Source of the DNA: Phoronis australis
Lineage: Eukaryota; Animalia; Phoronida
DNA: 64,000 nt
Assembly (NCBI GenBank): GCA_002633005.1
Contig: NMRA01000360.1
Coordinates: 375,065-439,064, forward strand
Direction: 5' to 3'
This document shows, one piece after another, positions 59,955 to 64,000 of this stretch (its first letter is position 1; every line of letters starts with the position of its first letter). Below the pieces are notes generated by a model, which was not told the origin of the DNA, made no database searches, and saw nothing but the letters and a program-made list of their open reading frames with translations. Both the position numbers and the translations under genes were made by a program.

Positions 59955-61575
59955 CAGAAACTGTCCAGTAGTCAGGCACACTTCGAGTACACTTTGAAAT
60001 TTCAGGCGATGTGATTGGTCCAGTCTTGGTCGTGACTACAAATAAGATCAATTCGTGGCTTTAGAACGTGTTCTTATTGTGACGCCCATTGTATTTTGTC
60101 ATTTCTGAAGCATTGTTATTTGATGTACTACTTTAAGTGAGATTGTGTTATCTAACATCTATTGGTATGCAATCTTTGCATTTTTATACAGCACTCTTTT
60201 TGTGAGACCCCTGTAGTGGGGTTAATTGTACGAGTAGTTTTTAAATCATATTGAAGTACTTCATTTTTACCTGCACTACACAGGAAGTTGGCATCTGCTT
60301 TTAACGCAAGTTTTAAATCGCATAAATTTTTATGCGAATTTGTTATTGCGAGAACATGGTTTTCAAGTTTTGCTGTCTTGCATGTTTCAAAGCCACGTGC
60401 TGTCCCTGTCTTAAGAATGTAGGTTAGGCAAACGTGGTGAAACAGACATTGACATGAGCAGTGGCACACTCCCTTCTGAAGTTGGATCTGTGCTTGTGCA
60501 ACTGGACCCAAATGTTAATTTGATCTCATTGTAAATATTAGTTGGTTTGCTTGGCTAGAATTCGAGTCTGTTTTGCTGTTGCCGGAGCCAAGTACTGTGA
60601 TTTTTGTTTTGTTGAGAATGCACCAAGTATTATAGTTATGTTTTGCATCACTCTACAGGTTCATGGTTGCAGCATGGGTGTAGCTGATGTTGAATCAAAA
60701 AATAGGCTGCAGGGCATACACATTTATGTTCTGCCATTGCCACATGATCAAAGTGATACATTGAGTTTACCCAGGTCAACCGTGCTCTTATTTTCCACCA
60801 GTATGTGGATGTGCATTGGTGAGTCACTGGATGTAAAAATATTAAGTTACAAAAAGTTACAAAGTGTATTCTAAACTAGCAGACTGACATTGTTCCGAGG
60901 AATTGCCCTGTAGCTTTTTCGAAATTGTTATTTTACCAGTCTTATCTCAAAAAGAATTTAATAATTAATTTCCAAGATTACTTAAACCATTATAAAACTA
61001 GACTCAACAGGTCATTTCTAGGCCGACTGTTTGGTATTGCTGGAGACCATGTTCGTAAAGTTGGCTCGTCATGGCACCTAATTGTTGGTCATTTCCTAGC
61101 TCGGAAATTGCTCGTCAGTTGAGTAAAGAATGAGAAGAGACCATTTTTTGTGTTAAGTGTCTGGTCGCATCTTTGTACTGGAGAAGTGAAACTTTCAGAC
61201 TCTGTATGTTGTTAGAACAACAGTGCGCTCTATTGAGTGGATGCCTCTGCATGCCTGTTACACCATAACAGACATATCCTGTTCCATTTCACAAGTCCAT
61301 TTTTAGTTTCAACAATAATCGGCAATTGTTTTGCTGACGTCAGTTATTACAGAGATGTTGTTTTAATTGCTGCATAATTAAATGGTAATTATTTGTATAC
61401 ATTGTACAGTCTTAGAGAAATAGTTTTATAGTATTAGCATAGATTTACAGTTTTGCCTGAACAGCAGCATTTTAAGAAATAGTATATTTATGGTTCCTTT
61501 AGTTTGTTGTGTTTGCAATATATTAATTCTTAATTATGATAATCTAAATTAGGTCGCTTATATGAATCATGCTTC

Positions 61576-61607
61576 AATAAATTTGAAAGGTTTATTGGCA
61601 ATTTATT
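61576..61607. terminator. Candidate polyadenylation signals on both strands
   Basis: AATAAA 61576-61581 on +; TTTATT 61591-61596 and 61602-61607 (AATAAA on -). Confidence 0.4.
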
Positions 61608-62030
61608 ACCCTTTTGGATGTGCCAGTATGGAAAATGAGGTGCTAATAAGCACACAAATTGTGATGAAGTTTTAGAAATTTTAGTTCATTTGATTACCAC
61701 ATTCACCAATTAAATTGGCCGAGGTCGCTCTCAGAAAATTACAACCTTGTATAATGAGGCTTGGAAAATCTTGACGTGCGAATTCCAAACAACCCAAAGG
61801 AGGATGTAGAGGACCAGACCTCTTCCTGCAGTGAGAAATAATGTGGGAGCAATTCAAAGTTTTTACTTGGGAAATTGCACTCTGAACACTTGAGGATATC
61901 CAAGATCAGACCTTACTGCATTGACTTAAAACATGATTGTAGCATGTGCATCAAACCTGAAGAAGTTATCCTGGTGGAACTGCATGGAATGAATTTGTTA
62001 CAGTATTTCTATAATGGTAGTAACCATGGC

Positions 62031-62169
62031 GAAGTAATACACACTTGTAAGGAAGTAACTATGGTGAACCAGAAGTAACACACACTTGTAAGGAAGTAAC
62101 TATGGTGAACCAGAAGTAACACACACTTGTAAGGAAGTAACTATGGTGAACCAGAAGTAACACACTTGT
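62031..62169. repeat. 41-bp minisatellite, about 3.4 copies
   Basis: Unit GAAGTAACACACACTTGTAAGGAAGTAACTATGGTGAACCA. Confidence 0.93.
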
Positions 62170-62624
62170 GAGTAAAGACAATATAACGTTAACAAAAGAG
62201 CAACAAACTTTGTTTTGAAAAGTTCAAACATTCTTAGAAACTAAAACTGGTCAGTTTTCTAATATCACCAAAAGCGTGTACGAATTAGTCATGGGGTATC
62301 TACAACTACCTTTGTCTGGTGAAGTGGGGTTTAAAAATGGCCATCTGACAAGTTTGTGCAGTAATTTTGAGAGATGGAGTAAATGATCACGTTGAGTTCA
62401 CTAGAAATCTCCAACACCCACTGTACATGGTGTGTGCGTCTAACACCCACTGTACTTGGTGTATAGTTTAATAGTATGCATGTTGATATCCAAAACATGC
62501 GTACAAGAGAAAAACACTTGAAATTCATATTGAGGAATAAGATAATTGAAATCCAAGCGTGATTAGTACACCATTCCAATGACTGTAATTTTAAGTACGC
62601 CCTCACTTTGTGGTCACAAGTAAT

Positions 62625-62812
62625 AAGTTTCAATTTCCAATTTTGCTCTTATGCATGTCTTTTTATCTTTATTTTGACTTTATTCATGCAAAAACTTCAT
62701 TTCAGTTAAATTTTGCAACAAACAATATTTCTATCACACAAACCTATTAATTTGTGGAACAATACACCAAATTGAAATTTTTCCTTTTTGTCATTGATCA
62801 TTTCAAGCCCTG
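62625..62812. mobile_element. 5'-truncated copy of the CAGGGCTTGGAAT MITE family
   Basis: Ends TTTTTGTCATTGATCATTTCAAGCCCTG; the interior (TTCTATCAC..CCTATT..GTGGAAC) matches 6539-6749 and 21065-21326. Confidence 0.7.
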
Positions 62813-64000
62813 ATTAGCCAGAGTAAATTCACACGTAGATATGCATCACGAGTTTGTACTACTACTGACAAATTCAAATGTGGAATACAAATCCCTGCAT
62901 CATGGTAACTGAATTCTATATCAATTAGTATACAATACAGCTGCCATGGGAGTGGTAGAATGGAATGTTATATACACAAACAAATGCCACAAACCAGGGC
63001 TGTGTGCGTTGTAAATGAAAGTTGTGAGAAAAGCTAGTCTGATCATTTGCTTCTCTTGTAATGCACAGCGACACCTAGTGAGGACTTGTATGATCTTGTG
63101 TTTTGCAAGTGACTTGTGTCTGCAGAATGCACCCAAAGTATGTTGTGATGCAGTTTGTCAATACTCGAAACAGTTTTGAGTGAGAAAGGTTATAAGAGAA
63201 AAATAAAATGACACATGACCTGGAGAATTACAAAACATTTGAACTTTGAAGTCCACCTCAAGATATAATTGATCCAGTTTCAAGAAGCAACAGATTCCAC
63301 CCATGAATACTACATTTTTCGTCCATGTATGTCTAAGAAAAATGGGTGACCCAATGCCAACAGACCTCTATAGTCATTGTGTGTAGAACAGTGTGTAGAA
63401 CTCTGGAAGAAACAGAGACCCATGCATTCTGATCATGGCTTTTGCACATGAAATTTCTTGAACTATCTTGGATGTTTGGTGTTTTGAGGTGGAATCTACT
63501 TTCGTAGAGTCGGGGCCTTCAACCCCTCGATTTTGGGGCTGAATATCGGCCCCATTCCCCCTGAAAAATTCCGAAAAATCACGCGAAATTCTCCTCGTGA
63601 GGCCTAAAAATTACCCTCTAGGTTTGAATCATTTGTAACTCAGTCTCACACAAGTGACTATTTGAATAAGTGCGAAATGTTAGTTTTGGCTACTTGAGGG
63701 AGAGCCTATGAAGGCTTGCAACAGGGTGGGGGTGCTAATGGCAGGTAGAATTTTCCCCTCACTCCCAAAAAATCCCCTCTCAGAAAGCACAGGCAACTTT
63801 CCTCTCAAGTAAACGAGGGCCCTGAGTAGAGACATTTTCACAAGCTGAAATATCATCTCTCTCATTCAGGAGAAGAAAACACTATGTTTTGCTACAACAG
63901 AAAGGCAACTTTGTTAAAAGTCGTAAATTGTCCCCGAAATTCCATTTTTATTACTGCCTAATGCACATCACAGATTTCATAGGACCAAACACGACTTCAT

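Overview
Intron-rich, AT-rich animal genomic DNA, probably a highly heterozygous marine invertebrate (inference). Two + strand genes lie in tandem: the 3' part of a CHD6-9/Kismet chromatin remodeller (1-25304, 25 non-redundant exons) and a complete p107/p130 (RBL1/RBL2)-type pocket protein gene (27672-59313, 23 exons, about 1051 aa). This is the same order and orientation as human CHD9-RBL2. The CHD introns hold five box C/D snoRNAs that the ORF track cannot show. One is a SNORD8/9-like guide for U6 Am53. The other four are copies of a dual-guide RNA whose two antisense elements tile one 24-nt stretch of 18S rRNA (Am668 plus Gm683 equivalents). Two minisatellites are built from CHD splice sites (a 50-bp donor repeat and a 29-bp acceptor repeat), and every extra site leads to an immediate stop codon. 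Other features are many non-autonomous DNA transposons, two Helentron-like elements with arrays of CTCF-like motifs, a long 3'UTR hairpin, and four tandem duplications joined at single N bases that look like uncollapsed haplotypes. All coordinates were read by eye, no searches were run, and reference RNA sequences and human gene arrangements are from memory.
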